Source of the DNA: Candidatus Aenigmatarchaeota archaeon | Lineage (GTDB): Archaea > Aenigmatarchaeota > Aenigmatarchaeia > CG10238-14 > SCSR01 | Reading direction: 5' to 3' | Length of the DNA: 64,000 nucleotides | NCBI GenBank assembly: GCA_016181005.1 | Contig: JACPAE010000002.1 | Location: forward strand, 123,682-187,681 | Shown here: one piece after another, positions 18,976 through 29,029 of the stretch | Numbering within the stretch: the stretch's first letter is position 1 | Layout: each line of letters starts with the position of its first letter | Notes under the pieces: model-generated | What the model saw: the letters and a program-made list of their open reading frames with translations, nothing else | Databases searched by the model: none | What the model was told of the DNA's origin: nothing | Translations under genes and position numbers: made by a program

Positions 18976-19840
18976 ATATTTTGCTGCGGAACGGAAATAC
19001 CTACAGTCTAGAACAAAATTAGAAAAAATGACCTGGCTGGAGGAAATGATACGCACCTCTGTGAAACATAAAGGCACTGAAAAACTGCTAGCCGATTTAC
19101 GAAAGCGCCTGGCTAAATTGAAAAAAGAGGCTTACATACAAAGGAAAAAGAGTGGAAAACCGAAGGTTTCAATAAGGAAGGAAGGAGCTGCACAGATTTG
19201 CATCATAGGATTTACTAATTCTGGGAAAAGCACGCTTTTGAATTCACTGACAAACGCGAAAGCCGATATTGCATCCTATCCATATACTACGAAAAAGCCA
19301 GTTGTCGGGATGATGGATTACGAGGATTTGAGGTTCCAGCTGATTGAAATACCGGCCACCTTCGAGTCCGAGTCTATGAGCCTTTTGCACACATGTGATC
19401 TGATTATAGCCGTACTGGACAGCACCCAAAACGTTCAGGAGCAGAGGGAAGAATTGGTCAGAATTTTAAAGGAGAATAGGCTGGAAAACAAGAAAATAAT
19501 TTTTGCCAAGAACAAGAGCACTGTCTGCGGCCTGGACAGGGAAACCATCTGCATGGATACCAAATCCGGCATAGGACTGGAGGAAATAAAAGAAAGGACT
19601 TGGAAAGCTCTTGACAAGATAAGGATTTATACCAAATCTCCCAAAAAGCCTAAATCAATTCCAGCCCTTGCCCTTAAGAAGGATGCGACAGTGGCAGATT
19701 TGGCAAAAGAAATACACAAGGATTTTATGAAAATTTTCAAATACGCGAGAATATTCAATTCAAGCAAATTTTCTGGGAAAAAAGTGGGTTTGGACTACAA
19801 ATTGCACGATAATGACGTTGTGGAGATACATTCACGGTGA
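18953..19840 (+). CDS. DRG/OBG-family GTPase with TGS domain
   Basis: MPTN, KHKGTE, GFTNSGKST, YPYTT, LHDNDVVEIH. Confidence 0.92.
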   Translation: MPTNQGPEYFAAERKYLQSRTKLEKMTWLEEMIRTSVKHKGTEKLLADLRKRLAKLKKEAYIQRKKSGKPKVSIRKEGAAQICIIGFTNSGKSTLLNSLTNAKADIASYPYTTKKPVVGMMDYEDLRFQLIEIPATFESESMSLLHTCDLIIAVLDSTQNVQEQREELVRILKENRLENKKIIFAKNKSTVCGLDRETICMDTKSGIGLEEIKERTWKALDKIRIYTKSPKKPKSIPALALKKDATVADLAKEIHKDFMKIFKYARIFNSSKFSGKKVGLDYKLHDNDVVEIHSR

Positions 19841-19907
19841 TGAAATAGTTTTCCCGAAAAAACAATACTTTTTTAAGTAAAAAACTATATAAATTATAGA
19901 AAAGAAA

Positions 19908-20336
19908 ATGGTTTTCGGACCACATTTGACATTGGATATATACGGATGTAGTAGAGAAGCGCTCAAAGATGCCGATTTTATTTACGAAATTCTTGACGAA
20001 TTGCCGGATCTTATAGGCATGACTAAAATCAGCAAGCCGTCTGTGAGCTATTATGACGGCAATCCTGACAGCTTCGATAAAGGCGGCGTATCAGGTTTCG
20101 TGATTATTGCAGAAAGCCACATTTCCATACATACGTTCGTCGAGCAGCAATTTGCCTCTGTCGACATATTTTCCTGCAAAGAGTTTGACATTGAAAAAAG
20201 TGTGGAGTATCTAAGCGGAAAGCTCGGCGGCAAGAAGGTGGAGAAGAACTTGATAATGAGAGGGACGGAATTTCCGAAAGACTTGAAGGTGGCCAAGCCT
20301 ATCTTTGAGAAGCAGAGAAAGATGCTCAAGCGCTAG
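19908..20336 (+). CDS. speD: S-adenosylmethionine decarboxylase proenzyme family
   Basis: GGVSGFVIIAESHISIHTF, DIFSC. This family also includes arginine/ornithine decarboxylases. Confidence 0.88.
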   Translation: MVFGPHLTLDIYGCSREALKDADFIYEILDELPDLIGMTKISKPSVSYYDGNPDSFDKGGVSGFVIIAESHISIHTFVEQQFASVDIFSCKEFDIEKSVEYLSGKLGGKKVEKNLIMRGTEFPKDLKVAKPIFEKQRKMLKR

Positions 20337-21258
20337 GTTTTCTATCTAACAAAGCGGCATAAATTATCGGCAATGCTATTGTCGCGTCGCTTTCCACTGT
20401 AATGTGTCTTGCATTTTCGTTGACTTTGCCCCAAGAAATCGCCTCGCGTGTTCTGGCGCCGCTCAAGCTGCCGTCGTATTCTACTGCAGTAGTTATGTAT
20501 ACCGCATAATCCAAGCCGCCGCGAAACTGCTGGTGCCATATAACATGATGCTTCGATATGCCGCCGCCGATTATAAGGGCGCCCGACTTGGCTGCACTCC
20601 AAACCAAGTCGCTAAGCATTTTTTCGTCTTTCAGAACGTTGATTTTGAAATCATGCCGCTGGGAAAATTGCCATACCTGATAACCTACAGCCCCGTCAGT
20701 TATGCCAGGTATCACCATTGGCACCTTGTTCTTGTAGCACCAGTAGAGGATAGAATCTTCGTTGTTGATTCTTTTCCCAATCTCCCAGCAAAGCTCGTAG
20801 GTTGAAAGTTCTTTCATGCCGCTGTCGAAAATGCTTTGAAGAAATTCTTTCATCTTTTCCTCGATAATTATTCCGTAGTTGCCTTCTGGAAAAACTATGT
20901 TGCCCAGCCTGTGCATGCCCTTCTTTCTAAGTTCACTGTCATCCAAGTCGAAACTGCCGTGATAGTAGTCCTTGTAAGCCCTGGCTATGTCGTGGTCCAG
21001 AGTGCCGCACGTGGTGATGACTACATCGAACCAGTCCTTCTTTATCATGTCTTTAATGACCCCTCTGGTGCCGGTTGACACTATGTCGGCAGGAAATGAT
21101 AGAAAATTAAGGGAATTATCATCGTTCAGCATCTCTTCTATGATGTCAGTTCCTTCGGCAAGCTTTTTTGAAGTAAACCCTCCGGAAGCTTGCATCTGCT
21201 TAACTAATTCATCGACGGTTATTTTTTCATTTATGCTGAAATCGTCTACTTTTCTCAC
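20326..21258 (-). CDS. dys: Deoxyhypusine synthase
   Basis: GGGISKHH, DGSLSGA, EAISWGK. Confidence 0.92.
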   Translation of the reverse strand: MRKVDDFSINEKITVDELVKQMQASGGFTSKKLAEGTDIIEEMLNDDNSLNFLSFPADIVSTGTRGVIKDMIKKDWFDVVITTCGTLDHDIARAYKDYYHGSFDLDDSELRKKGMHRLGNIVFPEGNYGIIIEEKMKEFLQSIFDSGMKELSTYELCWEIGKRINNEDSILYWCYKNKVPMVIPGITDGAVGYQVWQFSQRHDFKINVLKDEKMLSDLVWSAAKSGALIIGGGISKHHVIWHQQFRGGLDYAVYITTAVEYDGSLSGARTREAISWGKVNENARHITVESDATIALPIIYAALLDRKPSA

Positions 21259-21329
21259 AATATCATCTATGAATAGTAATTTAGAAATTTTATAACCTTA
21301 TTGTAAGCTCATTAAATAATTATGAAATT

Positions 21330-22412
21330 TTATTTTTCCAGGTGGCTCATCAAATCCAGTCCACCTCTTTTTGACTTGACCCTCTCATTTAACGCATGAA
21401 TAACAATAGGCAGGGCTATTGTAACATCAGCATAGCATTGAACAAAATTGCCAGCGTGATTTATCTTACCCCAGCTAATCGCCTCTTCAAAGGTGCAACC
21501 AGATAAGCCTCCCCATTGAGGGCTGTCGGTAGTTATTTGTATTGCGTATTTGTGAGGATAGTATGTTTCTCGAACTTCCTGCTTACTTTCCTTGACTCGG
21601 AAGGTATGTGATTTTCTGCCAGGTATTTCCCTTTTCTGATAAAGAAGATTGGGTGTAACTGCAAGGAGCTGGATGAAGTCCTTTGGGACCCCGCCGCCGA
21701 TATATACAACGGCAGTTTCTTTAATCTTTTCCCCCAAGCTCATGAATTCGGTATAGTCTTTCATGTTATCAATTACTAGATTGAAACCTTTGCTTTTAGC
21801 AATCAATCCTGCATCTCCATACGGGCTGTCGACAATTGCAGGACAGAATATAGGGACGTTGTGTTTTGCGGCTGTTGCAACAATGCTGTTTACTCCCTTT
21901 TCTTCCAACCATTTGCCAAACATATACAAAAGCTCTCGTGAAGAATAAGGATGACCCCCTTTAAGGGAAGAGGTGTAAAAATCGGCAATCAGTTCTGTCA
22001 TCTTCATATAGTCTGACTCCTTCCCGAAGACATCGTAATATCTATTGACATTCTGATTGAGTAAAACATTATCGTCAACATATTGACTTCCTTGCCAATA
22101 ATCGAATCCCATCGCCTCAACAATGTCCTCAGAAATGTTTGCGCCTGTTGAAACCAAAACGTCGATAAATCTGTTTTCGATCAGCCAATTTATAATCTTC
22201 CACTGGCCAGTTGTACTCAAAGAGCCGGCATAACCTAAAATAATAGTAGCATCCTTGTCCCGCACCATCTTTTCCCAAACATCAGCAACTTGCCCAAGTT
22301 TTTTTCCTTGGAAGCCTGTGTTTGCCATTTCAGAAAGAAGCTGTGAAATCGATTTTGGCCCATTTATTTCAATTGATTTAACTTTTTCTTTCAGTTCGAT
22401 TTTTTCATTCAT
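21330..22412 (-). CDS. Second deoxyhypusine synthase-like protein
   Basis: TGFQG, STGAN, IGGGVPKDF, WGGLSGCT, EAISWGK. Confidence 0.9.
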   Translation of the reverse strand: MNEKIELKEKVKSIEINGPKSISQLLSEMANTGFQGKKLGQVADVWEKMVRDKDATIILGYAGSLSTTGQWKIINWLIENRFIDVLVSTGANISEDIVEAMGFDYWQGSQYVDDNVLLNQNVNRYYDVFGKESDYMKMTELIADFYTSSLKGGHPYSSRELLYMFGKWLEEKGVNSIVATAAKHNVPIFCPAIVDSPYGDAGLIAKSKGFNLVIDNMKDYTEFMSLGEKIKETAVVYIGGGVPKDFIQLLAVTPNLLYQKREIPGRKSHTFRVKESKQEVRETYYPHKYAIQITTDSPQWGGLSGCTFEEAISWGKINHAGNFVQCYADVTIALPIVIHALNERVKSKRGGLDLMSHLEK

Positions 22413-22456
22413 TGATTATTTTATAGTACCTTAAACTTATAAAGTTTTTTTAAAAA

Positions 22457-23908
22457 TTATTTTTTCATCAAACTTTTTACAATCTTCATTGCTTCCTGCG
22501 CATCAATCTTTCCTCTAACTTTGCTCATCACAATCCCGTATAACTTTTCAAACTGAATGTTTGGCTGTTGATTTAAAATTTCCTCCGCGATTTGCCTAAC
22601 TTCAGCTACAGACAACGGCTTTAGATTAAGTTCTCTCAACGCATCCTCCACACTATTCTGAGGATATGTCGCAAGGTATTTCAGAATCTCTGGAATTGCT
22701 TCTTTCATAATCTTTCTCTTGCCGAGATGGTCGAAGAGTTCCAAGAACCTGCTCTCCTGTATGCGGTCTATTTCAATTTTCTCCCTTCTCTCCAAATCTT
22801 TCACAATAGAAGTCAAAGTGTTTGCAACAACCACTGCATCGGCGTTAGTTTTTTCTACAACCTTCTCAAACAAGTACAGATATTCCGAGCTCACAATTTC
22901 CTTCGCAAGCGTGTCGGGCAACTTTAGCTTTGTCTTAAATCGCTCGATTTTGCTTATCCAAGATTCAGGAAGATTCTTCTTTAAAGATTCGACAAATTCT
23001 TTCGTGACTTGAATCGGCATTAAATCGGATTCTGGATACATTCTCCCCCTTCCAGGCAATGGCCGGAGGTATCTTGTCGTCCCGTCCAGGTTTGCACCGC
23101 GGGTTTCCTCTTTCGGCTTTTCCTTCATCTGCCTTTGGACTTCGAACTGGATAACTTTCGACAGCAAGCCCAGCTCCTGCACGCCCTTCACTTCAATTCT
23201 CGGTCCGTTCCTGATGCTAACATTCAAATCCTGCCTTATAGAACCTATTCCAACTTTTGTCTTGCCTGTCGACCTGGCAGTTATTCCAATTAAATAAGCA
23301 ATCTCTTGAATTTGTTCGGGAGTGAAATTTTCTAAAATTCCTGTGTCAATTTCCACCAGAGGAACGCCAAGCCTATTAAGTCGGTATATGACATTACCGC
23401 TCTGCTCTCCAACAATTGCTGAAGCGTCTTCTTCCAAACTAATCTGAGTTATCGGTATTCTGCTGCCCTTGTAACTTATCCAACCGTTAAGCCCGATTAT
23501 TGCGGTCCGTTGGAAGCCGGACGTGTTGCTGCCGTCAATAACAATCTTTCTCATGACATGAATTTCATTTGGAATTTCACAGTTCAGCATCAGCGCAATC
23601 CGCAATCCAATCTCCAGAGCTTCCGGGTTTATTTCATGCGGCGGCTCTTCGTCCAATTCCACAAGGCAACTTTCGCTGTTGAAGACTTGGTACTGAAAAG
23701 TTCTGTCGCGCAAATATTCGAATTCTGCCGCAGTGTCAATTTCACCAAGCTCGCTTGCGACAGGATGTAATTTCCTCACAACAGATTTAACAGGATTCTT
23801 CTCTTTCATCGAAGTTGGACATTTGCAAAAGAGCTTGTGAGTGTCGAGTTGCATGTGCAGCTCCAACCCGGCCTTCATCCTCAATGACTTGTAATTAATC
23901 TTGTCCAT
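22457..23908 (-). CDS. gatE: Glu-tRNA(Gln) amidotransferase subunit E (no GAD insertion)
   Basis: GLELHMQL, KLFC, DEEPPH, IDGSNTSGFQRT, RPLPGRGRMYPE; start at MDKINY. Confidence 0.95.
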   Translation of the reverse strand: MDKINYKSLRMKAGLELHMQLDTHKLFCKCPTSMKEKNPVKSVVRKLHPVASELGEIDTAAEFEYLRDRTFQYQVFNSESCLVELDEEPPHEINPEALEIGLRIALMLNCEIPNEIHVMRKIVIDGSNTSGFQRTAIIGLNGWISYKGSRIPITQISLEEDASAIVGEQSGNVIYRLNRLGVPLVEIDTGILENFTPEQIQEIAYLIGITARSTGKTKVGIGSIRQDLNVSIRNGPRIEVKGVQELGLLSKVIQFEVQRQMKEKPKEETRGANLDGTTRYLRPLPGRGRMYPESDLMPIQVTKEFVESLKKNLPESWISKIERFKTKLKLPDTLAKEIVSSEYLYLFEKVVEKTNADAVVVANTLTSIVKDLERREKIEIDRIQESRFLELFDHLGKRKIMKEAIPEILKYLATYPQNSVEDALRELNLKPLSVAEVRQIAEEILNQQPNIQFEKLYGIVMSKVRGKIDAQEAMKIVKSLMKK

Positions 23909-25236
23909 TAAATCACAGACCTGGGACTGATTTCCCCAGCATAATTTGTCATCATCATCTCCCTGATTTTCTTCATGTCTTTCGTCTGGCCGAGAACCCA
24001 CATTAATTTCACGAGAGCGGTTTCAGGCGTCCAGTCTGCATAGTTGCCGATGACCCCTGTCTGCTCCAGGATTCTGCCTGCCTCGTAGATTTCCAAGTTC
24101 AACCTTCCGTGAATTGTCTGCGGTGCAATAACGACCGGAATTCCGGAATCAATCAAATTTTTCAAGCTAGGTATAAGGCTTTGCGTATATTTATCGCCGC
24201 CCGCATTTGTCGGCACATGGCCCAAGCCCGTGACTGCAACAACTACACCATCGTAAGACCGCAGAGAATCTATAAATCCAGGTTTGATTCCAGGATAAAC
24301 ATAAACGAGAGCTACATTTGAATTCAAATTTTCTTCCAGTTTTATCTTTTTGCCGTCTCTTTTCCGATAGTCGGTTCTAAGCAACTCTATTTTCTTGTCA
24401 GGATACGTTATCTTTGCCAATGGCTGGGCGTTTACGCTTTTGAAGGCATCTCTGCTTGAAGTGTGCAATTTTCTTACTTTGGTTCCCTGATGGAGATAGC
24501 AGAATTCGTCGCTGGCGCTGCCGTGCATGCATACAGTCACTTCGGCTATGTCCGACTTGGCTGCCGCCAAAGTAGCACAGACAAGATTTACTAGATTGTC
24601 GCTGCTTCCCCTGTCGCTGCTTCTCTGGGCGCCGACCAAGACAACAGGAACCGGCAAATCTTTCAACATGAAACTCAATGCCGCAGATGTGTAGTGCAAA
24701 GTATCGGTGCCGTGCATAAGGACAATTCCGTCAACTCCGGAGTTTATTTCCTTTACAACTTCGGCTGCAATTATTCTCCAATGCTCAGGCGTCATGTTCT
24801 CTGAGAACAGGTCGAACAATTTTCGTCCTTTGATGTTGGCTATGGCTTTCAGTTCTGGGAATGACTGTAACAAGTCGCCGGGCGAGAAAGCCGGTGAGAC
24901 AGCGCCGGTTCTGTACTCAATTCTTGATGCTATAGTCCCGCCGCAACCCAGGATGGAAACCGTAGGCTTGGACGGATCTTTTCTTATGGTAACTTCGGAT
25001 GGCTTGAACCTAACTGGCCTGCCCTTTTCCACAAGCTTTACCTTGACATCCTTTTCGTATTTTATCCCTATGTTGTAGCCATTTGCTAATTTTATCACCA
25101 AGGAAGAAGTATCGCCCAGGCCTATCCTTGGCATGAGTATACCCGTGTACCGGGATTTTCCTTTCTCGACAGAAACTTTATCTCCAATCTTTATCTTCTT
25201 GCTCTTAAGCAACGACTCTATTTCTTGAGAGTACAA
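23908..25236 (-). CDS. gatD: Glu-tRNA(Gln) amidotransferase subunit D
   Basis: NGYNIG, GGTIASR, HGTDT, QRSSDR. Confidence 0.96.
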   Translation of the reverse strand: MYSQEIESLLKSKKIKIGDKVSVEKGKSRYTGILMPRIGLGDTSSLVIKLANGYNIGIKYEKDVKVKLVEKGRPVRFKPSEVTIRKDPSKPTVSILGCGGTIASRIEYRTGAVSPAFSPGDLLQSFPELKAIANIKGRKLFDLFSENMTPEHWRIIAAEVVKEINSGVDGIVLMHGTDTLHYTSAALSFMLKDLPVPVVLVGAQRSSDRGSSDNLVNLVCATLAAAKSDIAEVTVCMHGSASDEFCYLHQGTKVRKLHTSSRDAFKSVNAQPLAKITYPDKKIELLRTDYRKRDGKKIKLEENLNSNVALVYVYPGIKPGFIDSLRSYDGVVVAVTGLGHVPTNAGGDKYTQSLIPSLKNLIDSGIPVVIAPQTIHGRLNLEIYEAGRILEQTGVIGNYADWTPETALVKLMWVLGQTKDMKKIREMMMTNYAGEISPRSVI

Positions 25237-25363
25237 AGTATCAGATTATATATATTGCATTGATTAATAAAAGTTTGTGTTTTAGACCACAATCTCGACT
25301 AATTTTAAAATCCTGAAATCGCATCAGTGTCTGTATTTATCTGCATTCTCAAACGCTTGTAAA

Positions 25364-25648
25364 TTATCCACTTGTTAATATTCTAAAATAACGTGATTGT
25401 TCGTAAGGTGATAACCTACCAGGATTTTCCGCTACTAGAATAGGTGCTCTCTCTTCACTTCTCATCATTTGGTCTACATCTATGTACCACCCTCCAGATT
25501 CACCAGTTCTTGGAGGTCGCTTTTCAAGTAACCGCTCTCCTAAATTTCCGACATGAATCTGACCATTAAAAACTCTACGAGTCAGCTCTTCCACAGATGT
25601 TGATCCCAAATTGTAAAAATCTCCACCAATCTTTAGAGTGTATGCCAT
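25364..25648 (-). CDS. Hypothetical protein (ORFan)
   Basis: TTTAAATAG box and AAAGGT directly before the ATG. Confidence 0.6.
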   Translation of the reverse strand: MAYTLKIGGDFYNLGSTSVEELTRRVFNGQIHVGNLGERLLEKRPPRTGESGGWYIDVDQMMRSEERAPILVAENPGRLSPYEQSRYFRILTSG

Positions 25649-25672
25649 ACCTTTTACTAATTAGTAAACTAT

Positions 25673-26545
25673 TTAAATCCCACGCAAATCTTCTATATCA
25701 GTTGTATAACCTAATGGAAACAATCCAACCGTATCTGTTCTAGAATCTATATTTCTTCCAGCATAGACATAAACATTCTGTCCGCCATCCAAAGCACTTA
25801 ATCTGGCGAGACAATTATATCGTTGAGAAGTTTCACGTAGATTTTCTGGAATAGTGTCAAAGAACCTACTAGTCGGGATCCGAGGAGGAAGAGAATTTGA
25901 TAGATAGATGATATTTCGTCTACCCCTAAAACTAGGTAAAGTTGGGATCTCTGCTGAAAATTCTTTTCCATAAATATTACCAAATAACATAACCATTCTA
26001 CCATCATTTGCTAGCATATGAAACCTTTCATAGTTATCTCGCACAAATGCAACTACATCTATAGTATCATTCAATGGAAAAGCTTCAGACTCCTTGAAAT
26101 AATCGTATGCGTCTTTAAAACATGCTTGTACTTTCACAACATCTGCTGGATTATAATCACCAAAACCGTCTCCTGTGCCTGATTTTTCTGCCATATACGT
26201 CAAAAAGCGAGCAAAACCTTCAAAGTTCCTATATCTTCTGAAAGCTTCTATAACTACCCTACCAAATGCTACTACGTGAGGACTTATATCAGCCATTACT
26301 ATACCTTCAGGCAAAGTCCCGGCTGAAAATGTGTCTAACATAGTAAGGCAATTGCCGCATCCAACACCTACAATATATCCGTCTATTTGTTCTCTTTCTT
26401 GAATCTGCCTGAAAAACATAGGACGAGCACTTTCATTCGTTACAAGTATTGCAGGAGATTGCCAATATCCACGTTCTAAAACAGGAGGGTAAATACGTTC
26501 TTCTAACTCTTTCATTTTTAAGCTTATAACACTCTCTAACATCAC
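25673..26545 (-). CDS. Hypothetical protein, possible Rossmann/SAM-methyltransferase fold
   Basis: IVGVGCGN...IVMADISP...IIYLSN. Confidence 0.55.
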   Translation of the reverse strand: MMLESVISLKMKELEERIYPPVLERGYWQSPAILVTNESARPMFFRQIQEREQIDGYIVGVGCGNCLTMLDTFSAGTLPEGIVMADISPHVVAFGRVVIEAFRRYRNFEGFARFLTYMAEKSGTGDGFGDYNPADVVKVQACFKDAYDYFKESEAFPLNDTIDVVAFVRDNYERFHMLANDGRMVMLFGNIYGKEFSAEIPTLPSFRGRRNIIYLSNSLPPRIPTSRFFDTIPENLRETSQRYNCLARLSALDGGQNVYVYAGRNIDSRTDTVGLFPLGYTTDIEDLRGI

Positions 26546-26647
26546 CCAATCAACTTTAAAGAATAAATTAATACGAAGATTTAAATGTAGCTATTTCACG
26601 ACACCAAACGTGGTAAATTAAACAAATACGTTAAAGGTTGTGATAAA

Positions 26648-26761
26648 TCATTTTATTTTCAGTCGTTTCCAATATTTGTTGATGTTTGTTTTTTCCCACA
26701 CTGCCCGGAATCTCCTCAAGCCTTGTCTTACTTTACGAAATCTTTGCTTTAGAATTACCAT
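26648..26761 (-). CDS. 37-aa basic protein, L39e-like
   Basis: MVILKQRFRKVRQGLRRFRAVWEKTNINKYWKRLKIK; TATA-like CTTAAATT upstream; below the ORF-track size cut-off. Confidence 0.5.
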   Translation of the reverse strand: MVILKQRFRKVRQGLRRFRAVWEKTNINKYWKRLKIK

Positions 26762-26791
26762 GATATCATTTATACGATACTTAATTTAAGC

Positions 26792-28501
26792 CTATGACGA
26801 GCAAGCCTTGACAAATCCCATAAACAGCGGGCTAGGAGTTAGAGGTCTTGACGTGAACTCACCGTGAGCCTGTGTCGCGACAAAAAACTTGTTCTTAGGT
26901 ATCTCTATAAATTCCACCAGATTCCTCTTCTCGTAAATCCCAGACATAGACATGCCGTTCTTTTCCAGCGTTTCTCTGTAGTCATTGCTAATCTCCCATC
27001 TGTGGCGGTGCCGTTCACTCACAACATCTTTGCCATAAAGTTTTCTTACCAGAGAATTAGGCTTTAATTTGGCAGGATAAGAACCAAGCCTCATAGTACC
27101 TCCCATCTCAGATTTCTCAAGCTTGTCCTTCTGCTCAGGAATAATATCAATTACAGGGCATGTTGTATTCGGGTCTACCTCCGTCGTATGCGCTGTCTTC
27201 AATCCGCACACATTCCTTGCAAATTCAACAACCGCAAGCTGCATCCCATAGCACAGCCCAAGATACGGTATGTTATTTTTCCTAACATGTTCAATTGCTT
27301 TAATCTTGCCTTCAATGCCCCTTTTGCCGAATCCGCCAGGAACAATTACTCCGTCTACGCCTGACAATGCCTTTTCAGCAGAAATCTTTCCGTCTTCTAT
27401 GTCAGTTGCCTCAATCCATTTTATCCTGACTTTGGCTCCATTGTAAGGCGTGGCATGCTCAAGAGATTTCAAGATGCTCAAATAAGAGTCGTGGACATTC
27501 GTGTATTTTCCGACTATCCCAATCACAATTTCCTTCTTCGCATTTTTAACTTTGCTGACAAACCCTTCCCAGTTTTTGAAATTAAGCGTCTTGTCCCCAT
27601 TTTTTTTAGGCTTGACATTTAAAGCAGCGAAAATCTCCTTATCAAGACCAAGGTCACGAAGCATCAGAGGTATCTCATAGACATTTGAAAAGTCATATAG
27701 GTTGTAAACACGGTTTACAGGAACGTTGCCGAAAACGCTTATCTTTTCCCTGACTGAATCTGGCGTAGGTGTTTGCGACCTGGCTATTATCACATCGGGC
27801 TGCACTCCAAGCCCCATCAGTTGCCTCAAGCCCAGCTGCGCCGCCTTGCTCTTGTACTCGTTAAGCGAGCCCGGCTCTATGACATAAGTGACATTCACGA
27901 ACATTACATTTTCCTTGCCTTCTTCATATCGCAACTCGCGCATTGCCTCGACAAAGTAGGCATTCTCCAAGTCTCCTACAGTCCCGCCGACCTCAACAAG
28001 AACGACATCTGCATTTGTTTTCATCGCAAGTTGCCTGAGAAAGTTTTTAATTTCGCCGGTTACATGCGGGATGAACTGAACGTCGCGTCCAAGGTATTTT
28101 CCCGCTCTCTCCTTGTCAATTATAATTTTGAAAATCTTTCCTCCAGTCAAATAATTGTCTTTCGTCATGTCTCTGTGCAAAGCCCTTTCATAAGAGCCCA
28201 AGTCAAGATCGCATTCTGTTCCGTCGTCCAAGACAAAAACTTCGCCATGCCTGAAAGGGTTCATGGTGCCGCTGTCATAATTCAGATAGCCATCGAACTT
28301 TACCGGAGACACATTCAAGCCGTGACAGCTTAGCAAAGTTGCCAAAGCACCTGAAAAGGTTCCCTTGCCTACGCCAGACATCACGCTGCCTGTAATTATG
28401 ACGAACTTGGATTTGCCATATTTGTAGCCGTCTGGAGAAGAAGAAAAATGCTCGTGTTCCATTGCGCCTTCGGCCAATGATTTCTCTTTGGTAGGAGACA
28501 C
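26792..28501 (-). CDS. pyrG: CTP synthase
   Basis: SGVGKG, HGEVFVLDDGTECDLDLG, VPGGFG, GLCYGMQ, ERHRHR. Confidence 0.98.
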   Translation of the reverse strand: MSPTKEKSLAEGAMEHEHFSSSPDGYKYGKSKFVIITGSVMSGVGKGTFSGALATLLSCHGLNVSPVKFDGYLNYDSGTMNPFRHGEVFVLDDGTECDLDLGSYERALHRDMTKDNYLTGGKIFKIIIDKERAGKYLGRDVQFIPHVTGEIKNFLRQLAMKTNADVVLVEVGGTVGDLENAYFVEAMRELRYEEGKENVMFVNVTYVIEPGSLNEYKSKAAQLGLRQLMGLGVQPDVIIARSQTPTPDSVREKISVFGNVPVNRVYNLYDFSNVYEIPLMLRDLGLDKEIFAALNVKPKKNGDKTLNFKNWEGFVSKVKNAKKEIVIGIVGKYTNVHDSYLSILKSLEHATPYNGAKVRIKWIEATDIEDGKISAEKALSGVDGVIVPGGFGKRGIEGKIKAIEHVRKNNIPYLGLCYGMQLAVVEFARNVCGLKTAHTTEVDPNTTCPVIDIIPEQKDKLEKSEMGGTMRLGSYPAKLKPNSLVRKLYGKDVVSERHRHRWEISNDYRETLEKNGMSMSGIYEKRNLVEFIEIPKNKFFVATQAHGEFTSRPLTPSPLFMGFVKACSS

Positions 28502-28616
28502 AACAGAGTAGTGTTCTGAGATTTATAAAGCTTATTTTGTCTCATGAAATTGAGTTTCTTATCTAACGGATTTAAAATTGATGTTTCTATTAATTAACAT
28601 GAGATTGGGAGAAGCC

Positions 28617-28847
28617 ATGAAAATTGATGTCGGGAATATAGTCTATTTAACTAACGTTTATTTTGATACTATGAAAAGAGCAATTGTGGGGGTGGAATTA
28701 CCAAAGGTATTTACAAAAGGCAAAGCATATGAAATTGAACGTATCTCGGAACTCGGAACTAGACCACCAATATTTCATTTTTACCTAACAGACGACAGAG
28801 GAGAACAAAGAATGATGCATTATAGGTGGCTAAAAACTAGAGCGTAA
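28617..28847 (+). CDS. Small hypothetical protein
   Basis: GGAG before the ATG; beta-rich sequence. Confidence 0.5.
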   Translation: MKIDVGNIVYLTNVYFDTMKRAIVGVELPKVFTKGKAYEIERISELGTRPPIFHFYLTDDRGEQRMMHYRWLKTRA

Positions 28848-29029
28848 TCTAAGGAGATTTTAGGCGAACATAGAGAATTCTTGCAAGAAGGCGGTTATGC
28901 TGGGAAAATAACATATAAGCCAGCGAAATCTTCTGAATTCTTAACAGCTAAAACTTTATCGTTTGCTTCAATAAATCTTTGAAAAAGATTTTGCCCATTG
29001 TTTAAATTATTGCAAATAAAATATATAAA

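Noticed and set aside
28848-28982. In-frame open stretch after the 28847 stop (possible readthrough)
   Set aside because: TAA stop, no recognisable domain, short enough to be chance
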